In this document: piece by piece, positions 1 through 10,352 of the stretch
How positions within the stretch are numbered: position 1 is the first letter of the stretch
Layout of the letters: each line of letters opens with the position of its first letter
IMG/VR virus record: IMGVR_UViG_3300020147_000004
Coordinates: 1 to 61,553 of that record
DNA from: a virus
Lineage: Duplodnaviria; Caudoviricetes
Strand: one strand, 5' to 3'
DNA length: 61,553 bases
Program-made: the position numbers and the translations under genes
Notes under the pieces: generated by a model
Databases searched by the model: none
Seen by the model: the letters and a program-made list of their open reading frames with translations, nothing else
Told to the model about the DNA's origin: nothing

Positions 1-127
1 CGTTCCAGAGCCAAATCGAGGAGCTCGAGAAGAAAATCGCGGCTCTCTCGCGTGGGAAGAAGGCGGCCTGATGGCATTCGGCCAATTCGTATCAAGCGAG
101 CCGGCGGGCCCGGGCGCATTCCGCTTC
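1..127. repeat. 127-bp exact terminal overlap with 61427-61553 (circular contig)
   Basis: Identical sequence at both ends; ORF 59578-61497 and the start of ORF 71-1915 run across the join. Confidence 0.97.
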
Positions 128-1915
128 GGCTTACAAAACGGCCAGAGCGTGCTCATGAACGGGCCTGCCGCTGAGGACTTGAACAAGCGGATCGGAGCGA
201 GTCAGGCGCTCGGTCCCGGTGCACTTGCGGCGGGACCGTCGCAGTCGTTGCCGCCGGACACCGCTTCCGATTTCGTGACTCCGAACCCGACGGCGCAGGC
301 GGCGAACATGAGTGTTGCTCCGCCGCCGTCTGCAACGCCCGAGAGGACAGCGGGCGGCGGCGCTCGGATGAGCCTCGACGCGGCTAGAGGATTGATGGCG
401 CAGAAGGCTCCGAAGCCGGGAGCCGAGAAGGTGCCGGCCGCTCCGGGCCTACCGAGCACGCCGAGCGCGCCGACTCAGCAGGCGGCGGCACCGGCCGGTG
501 CAACGACTGGCGCTCCTGAGGCTCCGCAACAGCCGCAAGGTGACGTGCCGCTCGGCTACACGATGGAGGCAGTCGGCCCGGGCGGGCAGAAGATCACCGG
601 CCCCGCCGTGCGCCGCCCCGATGGATCCATCGGAGTGTACGTGCCTCCCAGCAAGGGCAGCCCGGGCGGGTTCACGAAGCTCGGGCAACAGACGCTCGAG
701 CAACACGTCCAGACCGAAGCGGCCGCTTCGACCGCGGAGCAGCAGGCGGCCCAAGCGAAGGCCATGGGTGTCGACGCCGAGGTGCAGCGACTCGCAGCGG
801 AAGAGGGCGCCGCCGAAGAGGCGAAGTGGCAGGCTGCGCTTCAGGTCCAGTCGCAGCAGGACGAAATCTCGGCTGAGCAAAAGAAGTTCGAGGAGTACGA
901 GGGGCAGTACGCGAAGCTCTCCGAAGAAGTGAAGAGCACGAAGATCGACGAGAACCAGTACATGAGCGGCGCGCGCGGCGTGTTCTCCGCTCTGGGCATG
1001 GCGCTCGGCGCGTTCGGTGCGGTGCTCGGCAAGAGTCCGAACTTCGCAGCCGAGTTCGTGCAGTCGCAGATCGACCGGAACATCCGACGCCAAGAGGCCG
1101 AGCTCGCGACGAAGAAAGAGGGCGCGGGCAACGCGCTCGCGCTCTTGCAAAAGCAGACGGGCAACTTGCAGACGGCGAAGGCGACGCTCCGGTCGCTGCT
1201 CACCGAGCGAACCGCGGCGGACGCACGGGCGGCCTCACTCACGGGCGGCAGCGAGCAGCGCCGGTCCTTTGCGGCTGCTACGGCTGCTGAGCTCGAGGCA
1301 CAGGCGCTCCGTGCGAACGAGGTGCGGCAGATGTCGTTCCGAGAGCATCTGCTCGCGAACAAAGCGTACTACCAGCAGGGGCGGGCGGGCTCTTCGGGTG
1401 GGATGCTGCTGGTCACACTCGAGCAGCGCGAGCGGGCGCAGAAGCTCCAGTCCGGAGCTCAGGACATCGAGAAGACCGACCAGCAGATGCAGATCGACCG
1501 GCAGAAGGCGGAGCAGGAAGCAGCCGGTAAGGGTCCGGGCGGCGTGAAACTCTCGGCTCCGGCGGCGTCGCAGGTCGCGCAAATCGATGCAGCGCTCGAA
1601 GGGCTCGCGGCATACGACAAGCAGCACAAGGAATTCGGGCGTCCGGGCGTGCTCGTGCGCGGTGGCATGTTTGCCGGCGACGAATCGAAGGCGCTCACCG
1701 GTCGGGCCACGGCGCTCGGCCCGGTCGTCGCGAAGGCGCTCGAAGGCGACGCGGCGACCGCTGCATCGATGGACGCGGTCAAGGACGCGCTGCTCAACAA
1801 GAGTGGCGACCAGACGGAGCTCTCGACGAAGGCGCTCGCCGAGCAGCTCGTCATGAAGCGCAAAGCTTTGATGGCAAATCCGAGCGCTGGGAGCGGCACT
1901 CCGCCTACCCAGTGA
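71..1915 (+). CDS. Putative internal virion / DNA ejection protein
   Basis: 614 aa; Pro/Ala-rich N-terminus, coiled coil, glycine-rich hydrophobic segment (FSALGMALGAFGAVLG); lies after the nozzle and pilot genes as in podoviruses. Confidence 0.6.
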   Translation: MAFGQFVSSEPAGPGAFRFGLQNGQSVLMNGPAAEDLNKRIGASQALGPGALAAGPSQSLPPDTASDFVTPNPTAQAANMSVAPPPSATPERTAGGGARMSLDAARGLMAQKAPKPGAEKVPAAPGLPSTPSAPTQQAAAPAGATTGAPEAPQQPQGDVPLGYTMEAVGPGGQKITGPAVRRPDGSIGVYVPPSKGSPGGFTKLGQQTLEQHVQTEAAASTAEQQAAQAKAMGVDAEVQRLAAEEGAAEEAKWQAALQVQSQQDEISAEQKKFEEYEGQYAKLSEEVKSTKIDENQYMSGARGVFSALGMALGAFGAVLGKSPNFAAEFVQSQIDRNIRRQEAELATKKEGAGNALALLQKQTGNLQTAKATLRSLLTERTAADARAASLTGGSEQRRSFAAATAAELEAQALRANEVRQMSFREHLLANKAYYQQGRAGSSGGMLLVTLEQRERAQKLQSGAQDIEKTDQQMQIDRQKAEQEAAGKGPGGVKLSAPAASQVAQIDAALEGLAAYDKQHKEFGRPGVLVRGGMFAGDESKALTGRATALGPVVAKALEGDAATAASMDAVKDALLNKSGDQTELSTKALAEQLVMKRKALMANPSAGSGTPPTQ

Positions 1916-4900
1916 CCCAATCCATCGACCCCCGCCTCCTCGGGCAGCCGCGCACGGTGGCCCCTGTTGTGGTGCCTCCTCCGCCCGTGGCTGCGGTGCC
2001 CGGTCAGGTAGCTCCAGCGTTGGCGACGTTGCCAGCGGGCGCCGCGTATTGGTCCAACGAGCAAGCCGCGCAGCAGACGGCGGACGAAGACGAGGCCGTA
2101 GCGGAAGCCCGTCGCGCCGCCCTCCGCGAACAAGTCGGCGTTGCCGAGACCATCGGGACGCAGTTCGCGCGCGGTGCACTCGATACGCTGCTCGCCCCGG
2201 GTGCGCTGGTCGGCGTTGGCGCGCAGTCGCTCGGCTCACTCACCGGCTCCAAGGCGCTCGAGAAGTTCGGCGAAGACCTCGGCAAAGCGTCCAATGCCAA
2301 AGCCGCAGCCGAGGCGCTCGGCTTCGTTTTTGGCGGCGGCGGCGAGAACATGGCGGGCTCAGCGCTCGGCATCACGCAGACGTACGCCGAGCAGGTCAAC
2401 GCGCTCGACGCCTCCGCGAAGGCGGTGCGCGAAATCGAGAAGCAGGAAGAGGCTCGCCCGACCCTCACGACGGTGAGCCGCATGGCGGGCATGATGGCCG
2501 CGGGGCTCGGCATCGGCGTCGGGGCCGGCGCTTCTTCCGGTGTGGCAGCGACAGTCGGGGCCAACGTAGTCGAGGGTGCGGCGGGCGGCGCGCAGGCGGT
2601 CTACGAGAATCACCCGGCAGCCCCGTTGAAAGACGTGCTCGTCTCGGCTGCTATCGGCGGCGTGCTCGCTGGCGCCATCACGGGGGCTGCGGAAGGCGCC
2701 GTTACGAGCATCAAAAAGGCCTCGCAGGCTGACCTGAGCAAGGTCTTCGGCAAGGTTCAGCAGTTCGCCGACGAGCGGATGATCAAGTCTGCGATCGGCA
2801 ACGACGCGAAGACGATGCGGATCCTGACCGACAACGGGAAGGACTTTGGCCGCGTCGCACGCGTCGCCGAGAAGATGCGGCAGGCGGATCTGCCGAATAG
2901 CGCGGACGAGATGCTCGGCGCTGTCACGCGAAACCTCGACGAGGCGACAGACACGCTTTCGTCGCTCGCGGCGAAGCTCGACGCGGAGGGATTGCGGCCA
3001 TCGTCCCGCGACCTGTTCGACACGATCGACGAGCAGATCGCCGAGCTCCGCGCAAAAGGGACGGGCACGCACCAGAACGTGGCGGACGCGCTCGAAAAGC
3101 AGATCGCCCCGTTCCGGGCCAAGTTGCAATCGCCGGTCGGAGACGCCGATGCGCTCCGGAATGCGGCCCGCCAACGCATTGCGGAGCTACGCGCCGCGGC
3201 GCCGAATCCAGTCACGGCCGCAGAGAACGCGGCGCGTGCTGACGCAACCGAGAAGATCCTTCGGAGGCTCGAAGCTGTTGACCTTGAGGGGAGGCCACGC
3301 GCGCTTGCCCCTCAGGAGCTGCTTACGGTGCGCCGTGAGATCCGCAACGTGCTCGGCGACGAGAGATTCGGGGCGGTCTCGCAGTACGCGGACCCAACGT
3401 TCACAGAGCTAAGACGGCTCAAGACTGCGCTCGGCGAGGCAACGCGGTGGGGCAAGCGTGCCCCGAGTGTCTCAGACGAGGCCATGGGGGAGCTCTACGG
3501 CAACGTCGCGCGACGGCTCGACGGTGCGGCCGATGCTGCCGGGCCGGAAGTCGGGGCAGCATGGCGGCGAGCGAACCAAGACGCTTCGGACTGGTTTGTG
3601 CTGCGCGATGGGCTCGAAGAGGAGCTCCAACGTCGCCTGAAGAACCGCTTCATCAGCCCGAGCGACTACGGAACGGGGCTCACTGGTGCGCTCGCCACGT
3701 TGATTGGGACTGGCGGCGCGGCGTTGCCGGCGCTGGCCGCCGGAGCTGCCGGAGCATTCGGCAATCGGCTCCTCCGCCACGGCGCGTCCAAGATGCTCGG
3801 CGAGCTCGCGGATCGTTTCGCCAAGGTCCAATTCAAGGTCCCACTCGCCCGCGCGGGCGGCAAGGAAGCGCAAGAAGTCCTCTCGATGCTCGCGCGGTCA
3901 CGCCGCTTCATCGAGGAGACGGCCGAGCGCGCTGGCGCAAACCCGACGGTACGAGCGACTGCTGCAGACGTTGCTCGTGAGGTCGCGGCCGCAGAGTGGG
4001 CCAAGCGCGCCGGGAAATTCGACGCGGCATCGTGGGCCACCAAGCCACCGAACGCGGTTGCGAAGGTCGTGTTTCGCGGCCCGATTCTCGACGCGGCGGC
4101 CAAGGATGTTGCCGAGGCCACCGGGCGCGCGTTGCAACTCGTGCCGAAGATCCCCGAGAGCCTCGACGTGGCAAGGGTCGCGCGCCTCGCCCGAGATGCA
4201 GACGGGCCGGCGGCAATCGGCGCGGTCCAGCAGGCCATTGTGGGGCTTGTCGAAGGCGCTCCCGCGACTCCGACCGGGAGCAAAATGGGGCAGGTGCTCC
4301 GGAAGGCATACGACGAGCTCTCGCGCTCTGACGTGGCGGAAACGTTCGCGCTCGGGCATCGACTGTCCGTGGCGCTCGACGCAGCTGCCGGGGCAGCGCC
4401 GGACGACATTTCCCGCCAGTTTGCTGCCAGGGCGGCGGATGAGCTGCGAGCAAACATTGCATCCGATGCATTCGGATCCGCCGGCAAGCAGTACCGCGCG
4501 CTCATCGTTCGGCCGGAGCTGGCCGCGCCGGGATTTACGGATCCGAAGGCACTGCGCGACGTTCTGCGCACCCTCGACAGCCGGGGCAAGCTCTCCGAGG
4601 GCGCCAAAAACATCAGCCGTCAGATCCTCGAGGCGCACGCCGCGGCGAAGGCTCTCGGCGGCTCTGCCCCGGGCGCGGATGTCACTCGCGGACTGCAACG
4701 CTGGGAGCGGCTGGTTGAGGCGGCCGAGAGCGTCTCGACGGTGGACGGGCGGCGGATGAGCGAGCTCATCGAACTTGCCGACCATCCGGCAACGAAGAGG
4801 GCGCCCGCAGTCAACGAGCAAACCGTGCTCGACGCGGTGGCCCCGTCGCTCGACCCAATCTCCCGAGCGCTCCGCCGCGAGTCGCCCAAGGAAGTCTTCG

Positions 4901-5583
4901 AAACGCTGAGCTACGAAGAGGCCTTCCCAGAGCTCGACAACGCGGCGAAGCGCGGTGGTGCACTGCCCGGAATCATTGCGCCCAAAATCGAGGAGCAACG
5001 TAGGCTCTACCGGCAACGTACGGAGGCTTTGGCGCGGACATTGAACGACCCGGGGATGCTGGCCGACGCTGTCCCGGGTGGCGCCGCCATTGGGATGGGC
5101 GCCAGCGAAAAGCTCCAGCAGCTCCTGGACGACATGCCCAAGCCGGTCGAGACGCTGCGGGGCAAGCGCGATCTTTCGAGTGACGACTTGCGCAAGGCCA
5201 ACGCGATGTGGGAGGCCACGCTCGAGCCGCTCAGCGTGTTCCAGGACTTCGCGCGCGGGCAGGTGGACTACGACAAGGTCAAATACGCCTGGAAGCAATA
5301 CCCCGGGCTTCAGCAGGCGGCACAAGCGGGCGTCGTGGACGTGCTGATGCACGACCTCAGCGAAGAGCAGCGCGCGAAGGTGCCCGACCCGATGCTCTCG
5401 CAGCTCGACTACCTGCTGGGCTTCAACGGTAAGCTCCAGCCGACCGTGGATCGCGAGTTTGCGGTGCGCATGTCGTCGATGCCGCAGCAAGAGCAGAAGG
5501 ACCAACCGAAGCCGGGCGGAATGCTAGAATTGCCCGGCTCGGAGCCAACATTCACCGAGCGGCTCGCACGCCGCGGATCGTAG
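1912..5583 (+). CDS. Large internal virion / ejection protein
   Basis: 1223 aa, Ala-rich and helical with glycine-zipper hydrophobic stretches; last large gene of the virion operon. Confidence 0.6.
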   Translation: MTQSIDPRLLGQPRTVAPVVVPPPPVAAVPGQVAPALATLPAGAAYWSNEQAAQQTADEDEAVAEARRAALREQVGVAETIGTQFARGALDTLLAPGALVGVGAQSLGSLTGSKALEKFGEDLGKASNAKAAAEALGFVFGGGGENMAGSALGITQTYAEQVNALDASAKAVREIEKQEEARPTLTTVSRMAGMMAAGLGIGVGAGASSGVAATVGANVVEGAAGGAQAVYENHPAAPLKDVLVSAAIGGVLAGAITGAAEGAVTSIKKASQADLSKVFGKVQQFADERMIKSAIGNDAKTMRILTDNGKDFGRVARVAEKMRQADLPNSADEMLGAVTRNLDEATDTLSSLAAKLDAEGLRPSSRDLFDTIDEQIAELRAKGTGTHQNVADALEKQIAPFRAKLQSPVGDADALRNAARQRIAELRAAAPNPVTAAENAARADATEKILRRLEAVDLEGRPRALAPQELLTVRREIRNVLGDERFGAVSQYADPTFTELRRLKTALGEATRWGKRAPSVSDEAMGELYGNVARRLDGAADAAGPEVGAAWRRANQDASDWFVLRDGLEEELQRRLKNRFISPSDYGTGLTGALATLIGTGGAALPALAAGAAGAFGNRLLRHGASKMLGELADRFAKVQFKVPLARAGGKEAQEVLSMLARSRRFIEETAERAGANPTVRATAADVAREVAAAEWAKRAGKFDAASWATKPPNAVAKVVFRGPILDAAAKDVAEATGRALQLVPKIPESLDVARVARLARDADGPAAIGAVQQAIVGLVEGAPATPTGSKMGQVLRKAYDELSRSDVAETFALGHRLSVALDAAAGAAPDDISRQFAARAADELRANIASDAFGSAGKQYRALIVRPELAAPGFTDPKALRDVLRTLDSRGKLSEGAKNISRQILEAHAAAKALGGSAPGADVTRGLQRWERLVEAAESVSTVDGRRMSELIELADHPATKRAPAVNEQTVLDAVAPSLDPISRALRRESPKEVFETLSYEEAFPELDNAAKRGGALPGIIAPKIEEQRRLYRQRTEALARTLNDPGMLADAVPGGAAIGMGASEKLQQLLDDMPKPVETLRGKRDLSSDDLRKANAMWEATLEPLSVFQDFARGQVDYDKVKYAWKQYPGLQQAAQAGVVDVLMHDLSEEQRAKVPDPMLSQLDYLLGFNGKLQPTVDREFAVRMSSMPQQEQKDQPKPGGMLELPGSEPTFTERLARRGS

Positions 5584-5612
5584 CAAGTCGCAGGCCGTTC
5601 AGGAGAATCCCC

Positions 5613-6164
5613 ATGTCCTATCAGTGGTTCAACGAAAACTTCCCGCTCCAAAACACGACCAGCATGAAGGACGTGGCGGTTCTGAACGTCGGGCCTACAT
5701 CGACGGGCATCGACCTTCGCACGCTCTTCGGCAATCGCACTGCGGGCATTTCGAAGCCTTCGGGCACCGTAGATCCAAGTCTCGCCGCGCCCTCCGGTCT
5801 GCCCAACGTGGACGCAGGGCACTACTACACGATCCAAGCCGACGCGGCCGGCCCGTCTCCCACCGGGGTTGGCGCGTGGCGCGCGTACGTTGCGCTCGGC
5901 GCTGGCTTGCGGACGCTCGACCCGAACGCTACCCGGACCGCCTCCGGCGCGTGCTGGGCGCTCAAGGACAGCGACCCGCCCGCACGCTGGAAGATCCCCA
6001 CGGCACGCGAAGTCGGAACGGGCGTCGCGACCATGCCCGCCTACACGACGCTCAACTTCGTGGCTCCGGCCGGTGGCGGTACCGGTTGGCTCAGGATCTA
6101 CCGGTCGAGCCTCGCGGAGGGGCAGAACACGGCGGAGTTTTTGGATCCGTTCGTGAAGTTCTGA
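5613..6164 (+). CDS. Hypothetical, probable virion protein rich in SG/TG dipeptides
   Basis: AGGAG RBS before ATG; 183 aa; end of the structural operon. Confidence 0.6.
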   Translation: MSYQWFNENFPLQNTTSMKDVAVLNVGPTSTGIDLRTLFGNRTAGISKPSGTVDPSLAAPSGLPNVDAGHYYTIQADAAGPSPTGVGAWRAYVALGAGLRTLDPNATRTASGACWALKDSDPPARWKIPTAREVGTGVATMPAYTTLNFVAPAGGGTGWLRIYRSSLAEGQNTAEFLDPFVKF

Positions 6165-6345
6165 TCTGAGCCTTCTTCTCGTCTCGCTGCTGGTACTTGC
6201 GCACGACGCGCCAAACGGCGGCGAACTCGGGCAGTGCTTTGAGCTCCGCCGCGAGCTCCGCCGGTCCCGTCCACGTGCGGCAATCGAGGTAGCCGCCGAC
6301 GAGGTTTTGCCAGGCGAAGTGCTGCCAGCGGTTGAGTGGTTTCAC
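6091..6345 (-). CDS. Small hypothetical protein (VKPLNRWQHFAW...)
   Basis: GTG overlaps the stop of the upstream dehydratase (GTGA coupling). Confidence 0.4.
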   Translation of the reverse strand: MKPLNRWQHFAWQNLVGGYLDCRTWTGPAELAAELKALPEFAAVWRVVRKYQQRDEKKAQIRTSRTDPKTPPCSAPPRGSTGRS

Positions 6346-7337
6346 GCGGCTTTCCGCAATGCCGTGAACTCTCCGACCGTCCTTCGCAGACCCTCCTGAA
6401 ACTCCACGCTCCGTCGCCACCCGATCGCCTCGAGCTCGTCGCCCGTGATGGCGTAGCGAAGGTCCGGTGCGAGCCTGCCGGGTGGCCTCTCGACGAGCTG
6501 CCATCGCGGCTGCACGCCCATCATCGCGCCGAGCAGCGTCACGAGCTCGACGTTCGACACTTCGACCTCGCCGCTGATGTTGTACCGGCCGCCCTTGTCG
6601 GTGCCGTCGATGACGGTGCCGCTCGTGAGCACGCGGAGCACGGCGGATGCAGCGTTCTCGGCGTGCGTGTAGAACCGCGAGCAGGGAATGCCGTTGACCG
6701 CGTGGATGTCGATCGTCGCGCCGCGGGAGAGCTTGTCCAGTGCGATGGGAATGAATTTTTCCCCGCACTGCGCCTCACCATAAAAATTGGTCCCGTGTGT
6801 AACGACGACGTGCAGACCGAACGTCTCTGCATACGAGACAGCGAGCTGCTCCGCCGCGCTCTTTGACGCGGCGTACGGATTGCGCGGCGCATGCCTGTCC
6901 CACGGCCGAAAGGACACACCAGCCGGAGCCGGCCCAAACACCTCGTCCGTCGAGAAGTAGAGCAGCTTGCCCCGCGGCGAATGGTGCCGCGCGAACTCCA
7001 AAAGATGCCCCGTCCCGACCACGTTATCCCCGATGAACCCAAGCGGGTCGGAGACGCTGCGGTCCACGTGCGAGCCGGCTGCGAGATGCGCGATGTAGTC
7101 GAAGGGCTGCCGTAGCGCTTCGTTCCCGAGCGCATCGGGCCGAACCGTGGCGCGCAGGTCGTGCCAGACGAACCGGAACCGGTCGGAGCGCGTCGCCGAT
7201 GCGAGGCGGGCGAGCGAAGCGGCCTCGTCGAGCCTGTCGAGAGCGACGACGTGCCAGTCCGTCTCCTCCAGGATATGCCGCACGAGGTGGGCGCCGAGAA
7301 AGCCGGCGGCTCCGGTGATGAGGATTCGGGTCGTCAT
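6342..7337 (-). CDS. rmlB: dTDP-glucose 4,6-dehydratase-like extended SDR
   Basis: GAAGFLG Rossmann motif, HLAAGSHVDRS, STDEVFG, YAASK. Confidence 0.88.
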   Translation of the reverse strand: MTTRILITGAAGFLGAHLVRHILEETDWHVVALDRLDEAASLARLASATRSDRFRFVWHDLRATVRPDALGNEALRQPFDYIAHLAAGSHVDRSVSDPLGFIGDNVVGTGHLLEFARHHSPRGKLLYFSTDEVFGPAPAGVSFRPWDRHAPRNPYAASKSAAEQLAVSYAETFGLHVVVTHGTNFYGEAQCGEKFIPIALDKLSRGATIDIHAVNGIPCSRFYTHAENAASAVLRVLTSGTVIDGTDKGGRYNISGEVEVSNVELVTLLGAMMGVQPRWQLVERPPGRLAPDLRYAITGDELEAIGWRRSVEFQEGLRRTVGEFTALRKAA

Positions 7338-7347
7338 TGTGCCTCCG

Positions 7348-7482
7348 TCAGGCAATCATCCAAATCGTGGCCAGCCCCACTGCGCTCGCGAGGCACACGG
7401 CCATCCGAACCGGCCGCTCCGTGTAGGCGTGGAACAGGCCGAGCAAGAGGAACATCAGGGCAGCGGCGGGGATGAGGTTCAT
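7348..7482 (-). CDS. Small membrane protein
   Basis: 44 aa with two hydrophobic segments. Confidence 0.45.
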   Translation of the reverse strand: MNLIPAAALMFLLLGLFHAYTERPVRMAVCLASAVGLATIWMIA

Positions 7483-7484
7483 GG

Positions 7485-8660
7485 CTAGGCGGCCCTCTTT
7501 GGCAAAATCCACTTGCCCCGGTAGTCCGGGAACTTCGCCTGAATCTCCGCCGCATATGGCCAAGCAGAAATCAGCACGGCCTCGGGGTTCACCGACCGCA
7601 GCTTGTCGCTGTGCACAATCGACCAGTTGAGCCCTGGCGTGAACTTGCCGACCTTCATCGGGTTGTCGTCGAACACGCAGACCACGTCACGGGGCGCCAA
7701 GCCCAGAGCGTACACGTACGTCGTGAGCCGAGCCGGAGCGCCGTAGATCGCGAGGCCCTGGCCGAGGTACGGAGCGAGCTCCCGCATCGTCTCTTTCATC
7801 TCGGCGTTGACGCGGGCGGGCCAGTTCTTGAGCAGCTCGGGCAGCCTCTCGCGCTCGTCTGCCACGGCGATGCGCACCGCCGGGCTCGGCAGATTCAACG
7901 TGCTCACGTAGCCGCGAATCGAGCCGCCCTGCGTCGCGACGTGGTGAACGTTGTTCAGGTAGAGGCCGTGCTCCTCGAAAAAGGAGACGAGCGGGGCGAC
8001 GTGGTGATGGCTCATGTGCTCCGCGTAGAGAGTCCCAATCTCGTTCTTCTGGAGCACGTCGAGCAGGTAGGCCACCTCGAACACGAAGACGCCATGGTCG
8101 CCGATGAGCTCCCGCACGCCATCGGCAATCGAATGCAGGTCGTCCGCGTGGGCGAAGGCGTTCAGGCACGTGACGACATCGACGGGACGGCCGAGCGTCT
8201 TTCGCACCTCCCGCGCGATGTCCGGAGTGAAGAACGCCGGGACGGTCAGGCAGCACCGGGCCGAGGCAAGCGCGGCGAGGTTGCAGGCCGGATCTACTCC
8301 GAGCCCGGCCATGCCGGCGTGACGAGCAGCGGCAATCAGCGTCCCGTCGTTCGAGCCGATGTCCACGATGGTTCGGTGTCCGTCGCGGTAGAGCTCGACG
8401 GCGAGGTCCCATAGGTGCGCGCGGAACGAGGCGGCGGTGCCCGAGACGTACGCGTACTCCTCGAACAGCAGCTTCGGGTCCACTACGACCGGGAGCTGGA
8501 CGTGGCCGCATGTCTTGCACTCGGCGAGGTAGAGCGGATACGTCTTCTGCGGACGGGGCGACGCCACGTACTCGTTCGCCAGCGGAGTGTCAGGGAGCGT
8601 GAGGACCGTCTTCAGCGGGCCGGAGCAGAGGCGGCAGTCGGTGCGTTCGGTGTAAGTCAT
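7485..8660 (-). CDS. NDP-sugar C-methyltransferase (Zn-binding N-terminus, SAM domain, C-terminal domain)
   Basis: CRLC and CKTCGHVQL Zn ligands, DIGSNDG SAM motif, YAEH, YGAPAR, DDNPMKVG. Confidence 0.85.
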   Translation of the reverse strand: MTYTERTDCRLCSGPLKTVLTLPDTPLANEYVASPRPQKTYPLYLAECKTCGHVQLPVVVDPKLLFEEYAYVSGTAASFRAHLWDLAVELYRDGHRTIVDIGSNDGTLIAAARHAGMAGLGVDPACNLAALASARCCLTVPAFFTPDIAREVRKTLGRPVDVVTCLNAFAHADDLHSIADGVRELIGDHGVFVFEVAYLLDVLQKNEIGTLYAEHMSHHHVAPLVSFFEEHGLYLNNVHHVATQGGSIRGYVSTLNLPSPAVRIAVADERERLPELLKNWPARVNAEMKETMRELAPYLGQGLAIYGAPARLTTYVYALGLAPRDVVCVFDDNPMKVGKFTPGLNWSIVHSDKLRSVNPEAVLISAWPYAAEIQAKFPDYRGKWILPKRAA

Positions 8661-9661
8661 GCCGGATGATGAGCGACGCCAATCGCCCTCTCCCTTCGTT
8701 CACGTAGCGACCACTCGGGGTTGACCGGCAGTCGCAGCCCAGCCGCTCGGGTCAGCTCGCACATGCGCTTGTTGTGCGTGATGGGCTTGCCGAGGCGCTT
8801 CACGTTCAGGACAGGTCGTGGGTTCACCACCGTAACCATCCCGGTCTCCGGCGGTCCGTTCTGCCACTCGATGCCGCGCTCTTTCAGCCGATACGAGAAC
8901 TCCAAGTCCTGGTAGCAGTGGCTCTCGTCGTACGCCTCGTCGAGCCCGTTCATCTCCAGGAACAGCTCGGTCGGGAAGCTCTCGTTTTTGAAAGAGCAAA
9001 AATTCCAGTCACCGGGCTTGCGCAGAGTGCACGGTCGGTGCCTGTACGTTATCTCGAGCCCTTCAGGTGACGTGAACGGCTCCGCGAAGATGCTCCACAT
9101 GAACCGGTCGAGCTTGCCGGACTCGAGGTCTGCCACGTAGCGGTCGGTCGCCGCGTTCGTCGCCGCTTCCTGCTCCGCCTCGGGCACTCCCGTCTGGTGG
9201 TAGCCGGGGAACTCGGGGTGCAGCTTCGGGAGTGCGCAGTAGTCGTAGTCGAGGTGGAGCGGGCCGGGGCGCTTGGCTTGAAGCTCGGCGTGCGTTGCGA
9301 GGCAGTCTTTTGCCAGAAATGAGTAGTCGCAAAGCAATACGATGATGTCGCCGCGCGCCTGCTCGATGCCGGTGTTTACGGACCGGCAGTAGGCGGTCGC
9401 GGGGAATGGGTTGGGCCGGGCCGTCACCACGTTGACTGGGAAATGCTTCGCCCGGTTCGCGCTAAGCCGAGGCTCCTCCACGTAGCCCGGCAGCAGGCCA
9501 TTGAAGCTGTTCATGTAGCGCTTCCGGACGTAGGGCGCGCGCCGCTCCAGATTGTCCACGAGCACCAGCTCGAAGTCCCGATACGTCTGCGCTTCGAGGC
9601 CGGCGAAGAGAACGTCGAGCCCGCCGACCCTGTTGGTCGGGACCACCACGCTCAGGCGCAT
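8657..9661 (-). CDS. GT2-family glycosyltransferase
   Basis: LSVVVPT, FELVLVDN, NTGIEQARGDIIVLLCD, GLDEAY, QDLEFSYRL; no transmembrane segment seen. Confidence 0.8.
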   Translation of the reverse strand: MRLSVVVPTNRVGGLDVLFAGLEAQTYRDFELVLVDNLERRAPYVRKRYMNSFNGLLPGYVEEPRLSANRAKHFPVNVVTARPNPFPATAYCRSVNTGIEQARGDIIVLLCDYSFLAKDCLATHAELQAKRPGPLHLDYDYCALPKLHPEFPGYHQTGVPEAEQEAATNAATDRYVADLESGKLDRFMWSIFAEPFTSPEGLEITYRHRPCTLRKPGDWNFCSFKNESFPTELFLEMNGLDEAYDESHCYQDLEFSYRLKERGIEWQNGPPETGMVTVVNPRPVLNVKRLGKPITHNKRMCELTRAAGLRLPVNPEWSLRERRERAIGVAHHPA

Positions 9662-9906
9662 TCGAGCTCCTCCACGTCCCTCTCCTGCCCGCAAACCCAC
9701 TGCCTGAGCAGCATGTCGCCGCGAAGCAGTCGCGTGTGGCCGCCGAATGCCGCAGCATGCCGCCGCAATCGCTCCGGGTCGTTCGCAGCGGGCCAGAGCG
9801 AGACGCAAGCCCACCGCTCGCCGATGAGCTTCTCGAACTGGTACGGGTGCCGGGTCTGGCGGCGGCGACCGGTTGGTCGGGCGTTGAAGGAGCCGGGGAA
9901 GTTCAT
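9652..9906 (-). CDS. Small hypothetical protein
   Basis: ATG coupled to the cupin stop; fills the operon gap. Confidence 0.4.
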   Translation of the reverse strand: MNFPGSFNARPTGRRRQTRHPYQFEKLIGERWACVSLWPAANDPERLRRHAAAFGGHTRLLRGDMLLRQWVCGQERDVEELECA

Positions 9907-10352
9907 TACAAGACCTTGACCCGCACCAAGTCCGCCTCGTGCTCTGCGTGCGTCCGGGTTCGATTGCTCATGGAGACCATGATTGTGAACACCGGGAAGA
10001 ACATCACGTGCTCGCGCTGCGGAGGCGTGAAGAACATGTCGCCCGACTTGAACACTTGCTTCTCGGGGAGGGTCTCTTCGCCAGGCGCGCGCTCGTAGTA
10101 GTGAACCTCGCCGCTCACCACATACAAAGCGTGGGAGTCCTCCCGGTGAAGATGATTTGCCCGCGTAAAGCCAGGCTTCGTGTAGAGAACCGAGACCGTC
10201 CCGGGCACGCCGTTGTGCTTCAGGTTGTCGATTTGGCCGGCTTCGGACTCCCACCCTTCGTCCGCGAGCGGGACTTTGCCGCCGACGGTTTGGTCCCACC
10301 AGAGGGCGGGAGCTGGGGCGGGGTCGGTGTCTCTTCGGTTGTCTTCGGACAT
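9906..10352 (-). CDS. Cupin-fold protein, probable NDP-sugar epimerase/isomerase
   Basis: RANHLH..H, YVVSG, GDMFFTPP..EH cupin motifs; sugar operon context. Confidence 0.7.
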   Translation of the reverse strand: MSEDNRRDTDPAPAPALWWDQTVGGKVPLADEGWESEAGQIDNLKHNGVPGTVSVLYTKPGFTRANHLHREDSHALYVVSGEVHYYERAPGEETLPEKQVFKSGDMFFTPPQREHVMFFPVFTIMVSMSNRTRTHAEHEADLVRVKVL

